Made by a program: the position numbers and the translations under genes. The notes beneath the pieces are model-generated. The model worked only from the letters and a program-made list of their open reading frames with translations, was not told the origin of the DNA and searched no databases. From an uncultured Chloroflexia bacterium (GTDB lineage: Bacteria; Chloroflexota; Limnocylindria; Limnocylindrales; CSP1-4), in contig CAWGEL010000023.1 of the NCBI GenBank assembly GCA_963821595.1, positions 138,930 through 202,929 of the forward strand: DNA of 64,000 nt. The letters run 5' to 3'. Positions 50,580 to 60,062 of this stretch are shown piece by piece (positions within the stretch are counted from its first letter, which is position 1; each line of letters opens with the position of its first letter).

Positions 50580-51668
50580 GTGCCCAACCGGAGCACGCCC
50601 ACCGATGGCGCCGCCGCATGGGGCGGTTCCTGGACGCGGCGAAACGCCGTCCGACTTGTCGGCATGGCGCTGTTCGGGCTCGTCGCGCTGGCCGCGACTC
50701 CGTCCGGCGTCCGGGCCGCGGACCCCAGCGCGTCCCCCAGCCCGGCACCGTCGGTCGAGCCGTCCATCCCACCCTCACCGACTCCGCCGCCCAGCACGCC
50801 TCCCTCCCCCACGCCGCCGCCGAGTCCCGCGCCGTCTCCGACGCCTCCGCCCGCACCTCCTGTCGCCGTCATCGGCGCCATCCCCTCGGCACCGCTGACC
50901 ACCCTTCCGGCGACGTTCGCGGATGCGTCCACGGGTTCGATCACCTCCCGGACATGGACCTTCGGCGATGGCGGCCAGGCCGCCACGACCGCAACGTCCA
51001 TCAGCCACACCTACGCCGCCGCCGGGACGTTCACCGTCACGTTGACCGTGGTCGGTCCGGGCGGCTCCGCCTCGGCCACGGGCCAGGTGACCGTCGCGAC
51101 GGCCTACCGGCTGGACCTCTACCGCAGGACGGCCTACGTCCGCCAGTTCACCAGCACCTGGTGTGTCGGCGCTGCCGCCCAGATGATGACGAACCTTGCC
51201 CGCCGCGCGTCGAACCGATCGTGGACGAACCAGTCTGCCCTCATGCGCTACGCCCGCTCCCACGACAGCCTGGCATGGTGGCGCGCGGGTTCGGACCCCA
51301 GGGGCTGGGCGATGACCCTGCGCCGTGCCGGTGCCGGAGCCACCTACTGGTTCCGGCAATTCCCCACGCGCCAGGCCGCGATCGAGTACGCGGCGCGCCG
51401 AATCCAGCTGACTCACAAGCCGGTGGGGATCCTCGCCTGGAGCGGCGCCCACGCCTGGGTGATGACGGGGTTCGTCGCCTCCGCCAACCCGTCCACGACC
51501 GGCGCCCAGGTGGTGGCCGCCGTCATCGTTTCGGGCCCCCTCGGATCGCCGAAGGATCCGATCGATCGAGTCATGACGATACCGGCCTTCGCCAGGTGGT
51601 TCGGACCCTACGGCCAGCGGGACGGCTGGCGCGGCTGGGTCGGCAGGTACGTGGTCGTCGCGCCCTGA
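50580..51668 (+). CDS. Secreted protein: signal peptide, Pro/Ser/Thr linker, PKD domain, C-terminal papain-like (peptidase C39-like) domain
   Basis: SD GAGGAGG precedes the GTG at 50580. The signal is LVGMALFGLVALAATPSGVRA and the PKD signature is FADASTGSITSRTWTFGDG...HTYAAAGTFTVTLTV. The C-terminal domain has Q...TWCVGAAAQMM and GAHAWVMTG, a candidate Cys/His dyad. Confidence 0.6.
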   Translation: MPNRSTPTDGAAAWGGSWTRRNAVRLVGMALFGLVALAATPSGVRAADPSASPSPAPSVEPSIPPSPTPPPSTPPSPTPPPSPAPSPTPPPAPPVAVIGAIPSAPLTTLPATFADASTGSITSRTWTFGDGGQAATTATSISHTYAAAGTFTVTLTVVGPGGSASATGQVTVATAYRLDLYRRTAYVRQFTSTWCVGAAAQMMTNLARRASNRSWTNQSALMRYARSHDSLAWWRAGSDPRGWAMTLRRAGAGATYWFRQFPTRQAAIEYAARRIQLTHKPVGILAWSGAHAWVMTGFVASANPSTTGAQVVAAVIVSGPLGSPKDPIDRVMTIPAFARWFGPYGQRDGWRGWVGRYVVVAP

Positions 51669-51840
51669 TCGTGGTTCGCGGCGACTGACGCGCGGCGGCC
51701 CGCGGCCCCACCGGCCGGACGGACCAACCACCCTTCCTCCCCGGGCGTCCACGTTCGGTGCCACCCGCCGAGCCACCTCATCGGCGCCCACCTCCGTTCG
51801 AGGGCCGCACGCGGCGGTCCCGGATCGCCATACTCGTGCC

Positions 51841-52299
51841 ATGCGGCTCGAGTTGACGAAGCGCGGCGACTACGCGGTCCGGGTGATGCTCGCGCTGGCC
51901 CGGGCTCCCCTCGGCCGCCTCCTCTCCGTGCGCCGCCTCGCCGAGGAGATGACGATCCCGGTCCGCTTCCTGCCGCAGGTCATGTCAAACCTCACCGCGG
52001 CGGGGCTCGTCCGCGCGGAAACCGGCCGGTCGGGCGGGTACCGCCTGGCGCGTCCCGCGGCCACGATCACGCTCCTCGACGTCGTCGAGGCGGTGGAGGG
52101 CGACTCGCGCCGGCGGACCTGCGTGCTTCGGGGCGGACCATGCGGCCTCGACGGCTTCTGCGACGTCCATGACGTCTTCTTCTCGGCGCAGGACGCGATG
52201 CTCGCGGCGCTCGACGGAGCAGTGCTCGATGCGCTTCCGGTGCGGCGCGGCGGGAGCCTGCCCGCGGCCGATCCAGTCAAGCCTGGACCGTCGCGCTGA
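51841..52299 (+). CDS. Rrf2-family transcriptional regulator (NsrR-like by context)
   Basis: The translation includes MRLELTKRGDYAVRVMLALA...SVRRLAEEMTIPVRFLPQVMSNLTAAGLV and the three-Cys cluster CVLRGGPCGLDGFC. A nitrite-reductase-like gene lies downstream. Confidence 0.75.
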   Translation: MRLELTKRGDYAVRVMLALARAPLGRLLSVRRLAEEMTIPVRFLPQVMSNLTAAGLVRAETGRSGGYRLARPAATITLLDVVEAVEGDSRRRTCVLRGGPCGLDGFCDVHDVFFSAQDAMLAALDGAVLDALPVRRGGSLPAADPVKPGPSR

Positions 52300-52367
52300 C
52301 CTCGGCCCCGGCCCGGTCGCCGAGCCGGCCCCGCACTGCCCTGGAGGGCCTGGCGCGCCGGTCGGCC

Positions 52368-52396
52368 CTTGACAACACGTAGTAACTAGGTATTAG
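52368..52396 (+). promoter_or_regulatory. Strong sigma70-like promoter in a sharply AT-rich island upstream of the nirK-like gene
   Basis: TTGACA (52368-52373), 16-17 nt, then TATTAG/ATTAGA (52390-52396). The surrounding sequence ACACGTAGTAACTAGGTATTAGATTAG is the most AT-rich stretch in the window. Confidence 0.55.
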
Positions 52397-52497
52397 ATTA
52401 GCCCGCCTCGGATGCGAACGCCGCCGGCGGTCGGCAGGTCACCGACCGGGCTCCTGGTGGCCGTCGAGCTCCTGCAGCGCCAAGGGACGGGCACCAG

Positions 52498-53646
52498 ATG
52501 CGCAGAAACCTCGGTCGGCTTTGGGTTGTGCTCGTGGCGGCGCTCGCCGTCACTGCCTGCAGCAGCGCCGGCCCCGGATGGACATACGTGGCGGCACCGC
52601 CGGCCCCGAGCGCTGCGCCGGTGGCCCAGGCGGGCGACGCGACGGCCGCTCCCTCACCTGCCGGCTCGGCGCCGGCAACGGCGGGCATGCCCGGCATGAT
52701 GCTGGCGGCATCCTCGCCTGCGCCCGCGGCGAGCCCCCTCTCCGCACCGTCCGCGGCCCCGGCGGCCAGCGCCGCGCCGTATGTCCTCCGCGACCCGAAC
52801 GCGCCCCCGCTGCTGCCGGGCACCGTCCACGACGTGGCCTTGCCGATCACGGAGGCCAACATCACGGTCGCCCCGGGTCACGTGGTCCACGCATGGACCT
52901 TCGGGGGCACGGTTCCAGGGCCCACGATCCGGGTCAAGGTCGGCGACACGGTGCGCGTGCACCTCACCAACAACGCGACCATGCCACACTCGATCGACTT
53001 CCACGCCAGCCAGACCGCGATGGACGACCAGATGGTCGAAATCCAGCCCGGCGCGACCTGGACGTACACGTTCAAGGCGGAGTACGCCGGCGTGTGGATG
53101 TACCACTGCGGCAGCCCGCCGGCGCTCTGGCACATCGCCAACGGCATGTTCGGGATGGTGATGGTCGAGCCGAAGGCCGGACTGCCGAAGGTCGACCGCG
53201 AGCTCGCCCTCGTCCAGAGCGAGTGGTACCTGGGCGCCAACGGCCAGCCGGCCGACTACACGAAGGCGGCCGCCGCCAACCCGGCCCCCGACTACGTCGT
53301 CTTCAACGGCGTGGCCAACCAGTACAAGGACAACCCGATCGCGGTGAAGGCCGGCGATCGCATCCGGGTCTTCGTGCTCGACGCCGGCCCGAACGAGGAC
53401 AGCTCGTTCCACGTGGTCGGCACGATCTTCGACGCCGTCCGCAAGGAGGGCGTGGCCCTGCTCGCGGGCAATGACGGCAACTGGGGAAGCCAGGCCGTCG
53501 ACCTCGCTCCGGCCCAGGCCGCCATCGTCGAGTTCACGATCCCCGAGAACGGCAGCTATTCCTTCGTGACCCACGCCTTCAATTTCGTCGGGCTCGGTGC
53601 TGTCGGCGTCCTCAAGGCGGGCAACGGCGCAGCGATGAGCCACTGA
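52498..53646 (+). CDS. nirK: Copper-containing nitrite reductase-like two-domain multicopper protein (NirK-like), lipoprotein
   Basis: The lipobox is LAVTACSS. HSIDFH holds the T2Cu His and catalytic Asp, and YHCGSPPALWHIANGM holds the T1Cu Cys/His/Met. A second cupredoxin domain carries FHVVG. The Cys-His spacing is one residue shorter than the classical NirK I recall. Confidence 0.7.
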   Translation: MRRNLGRLWVVLVAALAVTACSSAGPGWTYVAAPPAPSAAPVAQAGDATAAPSPAGSAPATAGMPGMMLAASSPAPAASPLSAPSAAPAASAAPYVLRDPNAPPLLPGTVHDVALPITEANITVAPGHVVHAWTFGGTVPGPTIRVKVGDTVRVHLTNNATMPHSIDFHASQTAMDDQMVEIQPGATWTYTFKAEYAGVWMYHCGSPPALWHIANGMFGMVMVEPKAGLPKVDRELALVQSEWYLGANGQPADYTKAAAANPAPDYVVFNGVANQYKDNPIAVKAGDRIRVFVLDAGPNEDSSFHVVGTIFDAVRKEGVALLAGNDGNWGSQAVDLAPAQAAIVEFTIPENGSYSFVTHAFNFVGLGAVGVLKAGNGAAMSH

Positions 53647-53775
53647 CGGATCGACGTCGCGGCCGGCGCCGCGAGGCCAGGCGCTCGTCAGGGTGACGGA
53701 TTCGGGTGACGGCCGCGCAGGACCGGGGTCACGCCGCGGCGCGGGCCGGACGGTTCCGGCGGCGCAGCACCGGGG

Positions 53776-55860
53776 TCACGCCGCGGCGCGGGCCGGACGG
53801 GGCGGGCGGCGCCGCGTCGGGGCGGCGGCGACCAGCTCGGGCGCCGCGGCGCCCTGGAAGATGGCGACCGCCAGCCGGGCGACCTCGGCGTCAGGCCCGC
53901 CCGCGAATTCCACGCCGAGCTCCACGCGGCCGTCCGCGAGCTCCGTCCGCCGTCGTGGCTCCACCGCGAGCCGGAAGTTGCGATCGTGGAGCTGGAACGC
54001 GAGCTCCTGCGGACCACTCTGCCCCGGCAGCGGCGTCAAGGCCGCGGCAGCACCGGCGACGAGGGCCCCGGTGAGCGACAGGTCGAACAGTTCCACCGGC
54101 CGGCCGTCGAGCGTCGCCGGGAGCCGCGCCGGCAACCGGACGCTCGCCCGGCGGTTGCCCGCAAAGCGCGACGATCGGATCCTGCCGACCGCGGCCAGGA
54201 GGAAGCCGAGGTTCATGGCCATGAAGAACGCGGCGCCCACGGCGGCCCACGGTTCGTCGTAGCGGAGCGGAGTGAGACCGGCCAGCGTCGCGGAGAACCA
54301 GGCGAGGCCCAGCGAGCAGGCCACGATCAGGGCCGTGTGCAGGCGGGGCACCGGCACCTGGGCACGCTCGCCCGCCTGGCGCCCCTTCGGGGTGACGCGG
54401 AAGCGCAGGTTCCGTCGCGGCGCGAAGATCGCGAGCGTCGCGGGCAGGATCGCCGGCATGCGCAGCACCTCGAAGAGGACCGACAGCACCGGCGGATAGT
54501 GGCCCCGGGCCAGGAGTCGCAGGGCCACGAACTGGATCACGATGGTGGCGACGAAGAACGGGGCGAAAACCGCGCCGGGCGCGAGGATCGGGACCGCACC
54601 GGTCGCGACGACCGCCAGCGGGATCACGATGTAGGCGAACGTCCGCCACGAGTCGAACCAGCCGAAGAGCGTGGTCATGAAGGCGAGTCGCTGGGCCGGC
54701 GCGAGGCCGCGACCGAAGAGCGGGTTCTCGACGCGCAGGACCTGCATCGCGCCGAGGGCCCAGCGATTGCGCTGGAGGAGGTAGGAGGACGCGTCGTCCG
54801 GCGCCAGGCCACGCGCCAGGACCTCGTTGTGATACGCGCCCTTCCAGCCGGCCCGGAACATGCGGATCGACGTGTGGATGTCCTCGGTCACCGTGTCGGT
54901 TGCGACACCGCCCACCGACCGCAGGGCCGCAGTGCGGACCAGGGCGCACGTCCCGCACCAGAAGGCCGCCTGCCAGCGGTTCTTGGCGGGGGCGATGACG
55001 CGGTAGAAGACGGCTTCCTCGTTGAACACCCGGCCGTCGCCGCGACGCTGATGCTCGAACGAGTCCAGGTTGTAGAAGTCCTGCGGGGTTTGCACGAACG
55101 CGATCGCCGGGTCGTCGAAGTACGGCAGCGTGGCCGTGAGGAAGGCGGCGGTCGGCACGTGGTCGGCGTCGAGGACCGCGACGATGTCTGCCGGGATCAG
55201 TCCCAGCGCGTGGTTCAGGTTGCCGGCCTTCGCATGTGTGTTGTCGTCGCGGGTGAGGTAGCGAGCCCCAAGACGCTCTGCCAGGCGGCGAACGTCGTCG
55301 CGGCGGCCGTCGTCGAGAACCCATGTCTCGTGGGCCGGCGCGAGGGCGACCGACGCCGCGATGGTCGGCATCAGCACCTCCACGGGCTCGTTGTAGGTGG
55401 GGATCAGCACCGCGACCGAGTGGCGAGCCGCGCCCGCCCCTGGCCGGCTCACGCGCGCGGCGCGCGGGCCACCGTCGACGTCCCAGAGGGCGACCGTGTA
55501 GAGGACGAGGCCGAATGCGTTATGGAGCTCGGCCAGGAGCAACGGGAGGGCGACCCACCAGACGGCGAGGTTCACGGTGCCCGCGCCGATTCGCCAGGCG
55601 AGGTAGGCGGCCGTCACCCCGATCGCTCCGACGGCAACAGTACGGATGGCCAGCTTCCGCCGTGGCGACTCGTCCGCCGGCCGCGCGCCGTCGCGGAAGG
55701 TGGGGGCGGTATGCCCGGGTACGGTGGCCGGGCCGGCTGCATCGGTCTCCGTCGGTGCCAAGGCGCCCGCCGGACGCAACGCGGGTGCGGAAACCAGGGG
55801 TGACGTCGATGTCCTCATTTGAGCGCGATCGTCGGTGCCCAGATGCACCGGCGCCATCAC
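53776..55860 (-). CDS. Processive family-2 glycosyltransferase with C-terminal PilZ domain (cellulose synthase BcsA-like)
   Basis: GT2 motifs are present: VLIPTYNEP, VLDADH, TEDIHTS and QRNRW (QxxRW). Multiple TM helices follow, and the PilZ motifs are RRASVR and DLSLTGALV. The start is 55860 or ATG 55818. Confidence 0.8.
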   Translation of the reverse strand: MMAPVHLGTDDRAQMRTSTSPLVSAPALRPAGALAPTETDAAGPATVPGHTAPTFRDGARPADESPRRKLAIRTVAVGAIGVTAAYLAWRIGAGTVNLAVWWVALPLLLAELHNAFGLVLYTVALWDVDGGPRAARVSRPGAGAARHSVAVLIPTYNEPVEVLMPTIAASVALAPAHETWVLDDGRRDDVRRLAERLGARYLTRDDNTHAKAGNLNHALGLIPADIVAVLDADHVPTAAFLTATLPYFDDPAIAFVQTPQDFYNLDSFEHQRRGDGRVFNEEAVFYRVIAPAKNRWQAAFWCGTCALVRTAALRSVGGVATDTVTEDIHTSIRMFRAGWKGAYHNEVLARGLAPDDASSYLLQRNRWALGAMQVLRVENPLFGRGLAPAQRLAFMTTLFGWFDSWRTFAYIVIPLAVVATGAVPILAPGAVFAPFFVATIVIQFVALRLLARGHYPPVLSVLFEVLRMPAILPATLAIFAPRRNLRFRVTPKGRQAGERAQVPVPRLHTALIVACSLGLAWFSATLAGLTPLRYDEPWAAVGAAFFMAMNLGFLLAAVGRIRSSRFAGNRRASVRLPARLPATLDGRPVELFDLSLTGALVAGAAAALTPLPGQSGPQELAFQLHDRNFRLAVEPRRRTELADGRVELGVEFAGGPDAEVARLAVAIFQGAAAPELVAAAPTRRRPPRPARAAA

Positions 55861-55951
55861 CCCGTCGCGCGACGCCGGGCAGGACCATCGTCCGGGGTCC
55901 TGGGAACGGTTCGACGGTCCTGGAGCGCCTGCGCGCGCCCGAGGCGCTCCC

Positions 55952-57196
55952 TCAGATCACGCCCTCGGCCCGCATCTCGGCCACTTCCGACGGTCCATAG
56001 CCGAGCTCCGCGAGGATCCCGTCGCTGTGCTCGCCGAGCGCTGGTGGCGGCGTGCGGACGGACGCCGGCGTGGCCCGGAGGGCGAAGGGCGGCCCGACCT
56101 GCCGGATGCGCCCGAGCGTGCCGTGCTCCTGCTCGACGACCAGCCCGCGGGCACCCACCTGTGGCATCGCCAGGGCTTGGGCGACGTCGTTGATCGGCCC
56201 ACACGGGACGTCGGCCGCGTTCAGGCGCTCCAGCCAGACACGGCTCGGCTCCTGTGCCAGGCGTTCGGCGAGGATGGCGTGGAGATCCGCCCGGTGGCGA
56301 ACGCGCTCACCGTTGGCGACGAAGCGAGGGTCGGTGGCCAGGTCCGGCAGGCCGATCGCCGGCCCGAAGCGGGCCCACTGTCGCTCGCTGCCGACCGCGA
56401 TCGCGATCGCTCCGTCAGCCGTCGCGAACGTTTCGTACGGGACGATATTCGGGTGCGCGTTGCCGAGGCGTCCTGGTGCGTCGCCAGTGACGAAGTAATT
56501 CTGGGCCTGGTTGGCCAGCCAGGAAAGCGTGCTCTCGAGAAGGGAGATGTCGATCCTCTGGCCGCGGCCGGCGGATGGTGAGCCCAGGCGGTCGCGGCCC
56601 GACAGCGCACCCAGGATGGCGACCGCTCCAAGCATGCCGGTGGTCAGGTCGCTGATCGCGACGCCGACCTTCGTCGGACCGCCGCCGTCGGCATCGGGGA
56701 AGCCCGTGATCGACATGAGCCCGGACACGGCCTGGATGATGAAGTCGTAGCCGGGTGTCGCCGCGTCGGGGCCGTCGGGGCCGTAGCCGCTGATGGCCAG
56801 GTGGACCAGCCGCGGGTTCAGCGCCTCCAGCATCGCGTCGTCGAATCCCAGCCGGGCGAACCCGCCCACCCGGAAGTTCTCGACCAGGACGTCGGCACGG
56901 GACAGCAGGCGGCGAAGGACGTCACGCCCCGCGGCCGCCTTGAGGTCCAGGCGGATGCTGCGCTTGTTTCGATTGACGGCCAGGTAGTAGGCGGCGGTGC
57001 GGTCCGTGGCGTGATCGCCGGCCGCAGCCCACGGGGGGCCCCAGCCGCGCGTTCCGTCGCCCTCCGGCGGCTCCACCTTCACGACGTCCGCGCCGAGGTC
57101 GCCGAGGAGCATCGTGCAGTACGGGCCGGCAAGCACGGTGCTGCAATCGGCCACGAGGATCCCGGCGAGGGGACCGGCGGCAGGCGGGTTCGGCAT
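55952..57196 (-). CDS. Family III CoA-transferase (CaiB/BaiF/Frc family)
   Basis: The translation includes LAGILVADCSTVLAGPYCTMLLGDLGADVVKVEPP.GD.TR and LRLDLK. Confidence 0.85.
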   Translation of the reverse strand: MPNPPAAGPLAGILVADCSTVLAGPYCTMLLGDLGADVVKVEPPEGDGTRGWGPPWAAAGDHATDRTAAYYLAVNRNKRSIRLDLKAAAGRDVLRRLLSRADVLVENFRVGGFARLGFDDAMLEALNPRLVHLAISGYGPDGPDAATPGYDFIIQAVSGLMSITGFPDADGGGPTKVGVAISDLTTGMLGAVAILGALSGRDRLGSPSAGRGQRIDISLLESTLSWLANQAQNYFVTGDAPGRLGNAHPNIVPYETFATADGAIAIAVGSERQWARFGPAIGLPDLATDPRFVANGERVRHRADLHAILAERLAQEPSRVWLERLNAADVPCGPINDVAQALAMPQVGARGLVVEQEHGTLGRIRQVGPPFALRATPASVRTPPPALGEHSDGILAELGYGPSEVAEMRAEGVI

Positions 57197-57348
57197 CGGG
57201 GCCGATCCTAGCGGCCGAAGTGGGCGGAGGGAGCGACCGTTCGAGCCCGCGGCACGGGCCGTCCCCGATCCGGGCCAGGAGCCGAGTGGCCGGCACGGCC
57301 ACCCGCTCTCCCGATCACGGCTTGCCGGGCGTCACCCCTGGCGGGATG

Positions 57349-58740
57349 TCAGGGCGTCCGAAGGCGCAGGAGCCTCCCGTTCGTGTAGTCGGTGACGTAC
57401 AGCTCGCCGGTCGGGCCCTGGCCGAAGCTCGAGATCGAGAATCCGACGTCGGCGACAAGGCGGAGGCTGCCGACGCTGCTGGAGACACCACTGAGCGTCC
57501 ACACCTTCCCGGAGCAGAAGTCGGCCAGGAAGTACTTCCCGCGGAGCGCCGCGAAGGCAGAGCCCCGGTAGACGAACCCCCCGACGACCGCGCAGGAGCC
57601 GCCGGTGTGACTGTAGACGGCGACCGGCATCGTCTTGCCCGCCGTCGAGCAGCCCGTCGCCGGGTTGAAGCACGCTCTTCCTTCGAGGACGTTCCACCCG
57701 TAGTTGATGCCGCGGCCACCACCCGCGGAGTGGAGCGCGCGGTCGATCTCCTCGAAGCGATCCTGGCCCACGTCGCCGATCCACAGGTTTCCCGTGACCC
57801 GATCGAAGCTGAAGCGCCATGGGTTGCGGAGGCCGAACGACCAGATCTCGTGGCGGTAGACGGTGCTCCTCGCGTACGGATTCGTTGACGGGATCAGGTA
57901 GCGACGGGTCCTGGTCGAACCGTTGATGTTGATGCGCAGGATCTTGCCCAGCAGCGTGGTCCGCGACTGGCCGGTCCTGAGCGGGTTGCCGGCGCCGCCT
58001 CCATCGCCCGTGCCGATGTAGAGGTAGCCGTCGGGCCCGAAGGCAAGCTGGCCGCCGTTGTGGTTCGCGTAGGTCGTGTGGCCGATCGTCAGGATCTTGC
58101 GCTCGGTCGTGATCGCGCGATTGCGATTGGACGAGCTCTGCCGGAACTCGGATACCTGGAGATTGCCGGTGGTCGTGGTGTAGAACACGAAGAAACGGTG
58201 GTTGGTCGCGAACTGGGGATGGAAGGCGAGCCCGAGCAGCCCACGCTCGCCGCAGCACGACACCCTCGTGTGGATGTCGAGGTAGGGCGCCGAGAGCAGC
58301 GTGGTTCCCTTGACGATCCGGATCCGGCCGGATTGCTCCACGACGAAGAGGCGACCACTGCCATCGTTCGGGGCGGCGACCGCGACGGGACTCCTGAGCC
58401 CCCTCACGACGGTTTGGAAGGAAACGGTCAGCGCCGCGGCGGCCGCAACGTTCGGGGCCGAGGCGGCGACGGGGACCGGGGCGTTCAGGAGCACGGTGCT
58501 GCCGGGGTCAGCGGTGGCCGCCGCGGCGGGGCTGAGGGCGGCGAGCGCCGGCAGCGCGGCAGCCTCGTCCGGGGTCGCCGTGGCGGCCGGGAGGAACCCG
58601 GGCATCGCCGCCAGCGCCAGGACGGCCGAGACAACGGCCGTGGCAACGCGCCCGGCCAGGCCGACGGCATGCCGTGGCGCGACGATCGGATGAAGCGGGG
58701 TGCCGGAAGGCACGGTGGGGTCCGTCACGTGTGGACGCAT
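57349..58740 (-). CDS. PQQ-dependent sugar dehydrogenase (soluble glucose/sorbosone dehydrogenase family), secreted
   Basis: The beta-propeller signatures are GERGLLGLAFHP, HNGGQLAFGPDGYLYIGTGDGG, GKILRI and RNPWRFSFD. An N-terminal signal/anchor is present. The start is taken at ATG 58740. Confidence 0.8.
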   Translation of the reverse strand: MRPHVTDPTVPSGTPLHPIVAPRHAVGLAGRVATAVVSAVLALAAMPGFLPAATATPDEAAALPALAALSPAAAATADPGSTVLLNAPVPVAASAPNVAAAAALTVSFQTVVRGLRSPVAVAAPNDGSGRLFVVEQSGRIRIVKGTTLLSAPYLDIHTRVSCCGERGLLGLAFHPQFATNHRFFVFYTTTTGNLQVSEFRQSSSNRNRAITTERKILTIGHTTYANHNGGQLAFGPDGYLYIGTGDGGGAGNPLRTGQSRTTLLGKILRININGSTRTRRYLIPSTNPYARSTVYRHEIWSFGLRNPWRFSFDRVTGNLWIGDVGQDRFEEIDRALHSAGGGRGINYGWNVLEGRACFNPATGCSTAGKTMPVAVYSHTGGSCAVVGGFVYRGSAFAALRGKYFLADFCSGKVWTLSGVSSSVGSLRLVADVGFSISSFGQGPTGELYVTDYTNGRLLRLRTP

Positions 58741-58879
58741 GGGACGCGGGTCCTCCACGGGCTGGGCGGCGGCACTCGCCGGCTGCCGGCCATGATGCCC
58801 CACATCGGCAAGACCGGTCATCACGGGGGGCGGTCCCTGTCCGTGACCGCAATCCGGCCGGTCCGGTAGCATCGGCGTC

Positions 58880-59983
58880 ATGGCCGACCTCCGATCCAAC
58901 GGTTCACCCTCGTCAGATTCGTCGCCCGCCGGGGCTTCCTCGCCAGCCGGGACGTCGTCCCCCGCCGGAGCGTCGTCCCCCGCCGGGGCGTCGTCTCCCA
59001 GCGGGGCGACGGCTCCCCGGGCGACATCCGGAGCGGCGCCCGGCGATCCCCGCCGGTTCACGCTGATGACGGTGCACGCCCACCCCGATGACGAGGTCAT
59101 CGGGACGGGCGGCGTGATGGCCCGCGCCGTCGCCGACGGCCATCGGGTCGTGCTGGTCACCTGCACGCGCGGCGAGATGGGCGAGATCGTCGTGCCAGAG
59201 CTCGACACACCCGCCAACCATCGCCGCCTCGGGGAGATCCGCGCCGGCGAGCTGGAGGCCGCCATGGGGGCCCTGGGCGTGACCGAATGGGAGAACCTCG
59301 GCTACCGCGACTCGGACATGCTGGGCCGGCCCGGCAATCGGGACCCACGCTCGTTCTGGCAGGCCGACATCGACGAGGCCATCGGCCGGCTGGCCTGGCT
59401 CGTGCGGCGATACCGGCCGGACGTCCTCACGACCTACAACGACTTCGGCGGCTACGGCCACCCGGACCACGTGAATGCCCACAAGGTCGCGGTGGGCGCG
59501 TTCTACCGGGCGGGCGATCCCGAGTGGTACCCGGAGCAGGTGGCGGCCGAGCACGACGGCGAGGGTCCGGCCGAGGCGGACGGCGGCGGCGCCCCGTGGG
59601 CACCCGCCAAGCTCTACGAGCAGGCGACGACGCGCGCCCGGCGCGAAGCGCTCGCGGCCCGCCTGGAGGCGGCCGGGCGGCGCAACTTCTGGTCGCGGCC
59701 CGAGGCCGACGACCACGAGGCCCTCGCCCGCTGGGAAGAGTTCATGCGGCGATCCACCGTGGACGACGACGCGATCACGACCACCGTGGACTGCCGCGCC
59801 TTCGCGGAGCAGCGGTGGACGGCGCTGCTCGCCCACCGCACCCAGATCTCCGTGACGGACAGCCCGATGATGGCCCTTGGGCGCGACGCGATGACCGAGC
59901 TGATGGGCGTGGAGACGTTCATCCTGAAGGCCAGCCGGGTGCGCTCAGAATTCCCCGAATCGGACCTGTTCGCCGGCCTGTGA
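58880..59983 (+). CDS. PIG-L/LmbE-family N-acetylglucosaminyl deacetylase/amidase (MshB/Mca-like)
   Basis: The translation includes VHAHPDDE and GYGHPDHVNAH. There is an N-terminal SSPAG x5 low-complexity repeat, and the true start may be further downstream. Confidence 0.75.
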   Translation: MADLRSNGSPSSDSSPAGASSPAGTSSPAGASSPAGASSPSGATAPRATSGAAPGDPRRFTLMTVHAHPDDEVIGTGGVMARAVADGHRVVLVTCTRGEMGEIVVPELDTPANHRRLGEIRAGELEAAMGALGVTEWENLGYRDSDMLGRPGNRDPRSFWQADIDEAIGRLAWLVRRYRPDVLTTYNDFGGYGHPDHVNAHKVAVGAFYRAGDPEWYPEQVAAEHDGEGPAEADGGGAPWAPAKLYEQATTRARREALAARLEAAGRRNFWSRPEADDHEALARWEEFMRRSTVDDDAITTTVDCRAFAEQRWTALLAHRTQISVTDSPMMALGRDAMTELMGVETFILKASRVRSEFPESDLFAGL

Positions 59984-60062
59984 GCGTGACGGTGGGAGTT
60001 GGGATGTCGACAGGAACGCGAGCCTCGGCTCGAGCGCGCAGGGAGCGGGCCGCCCGGGCGCC

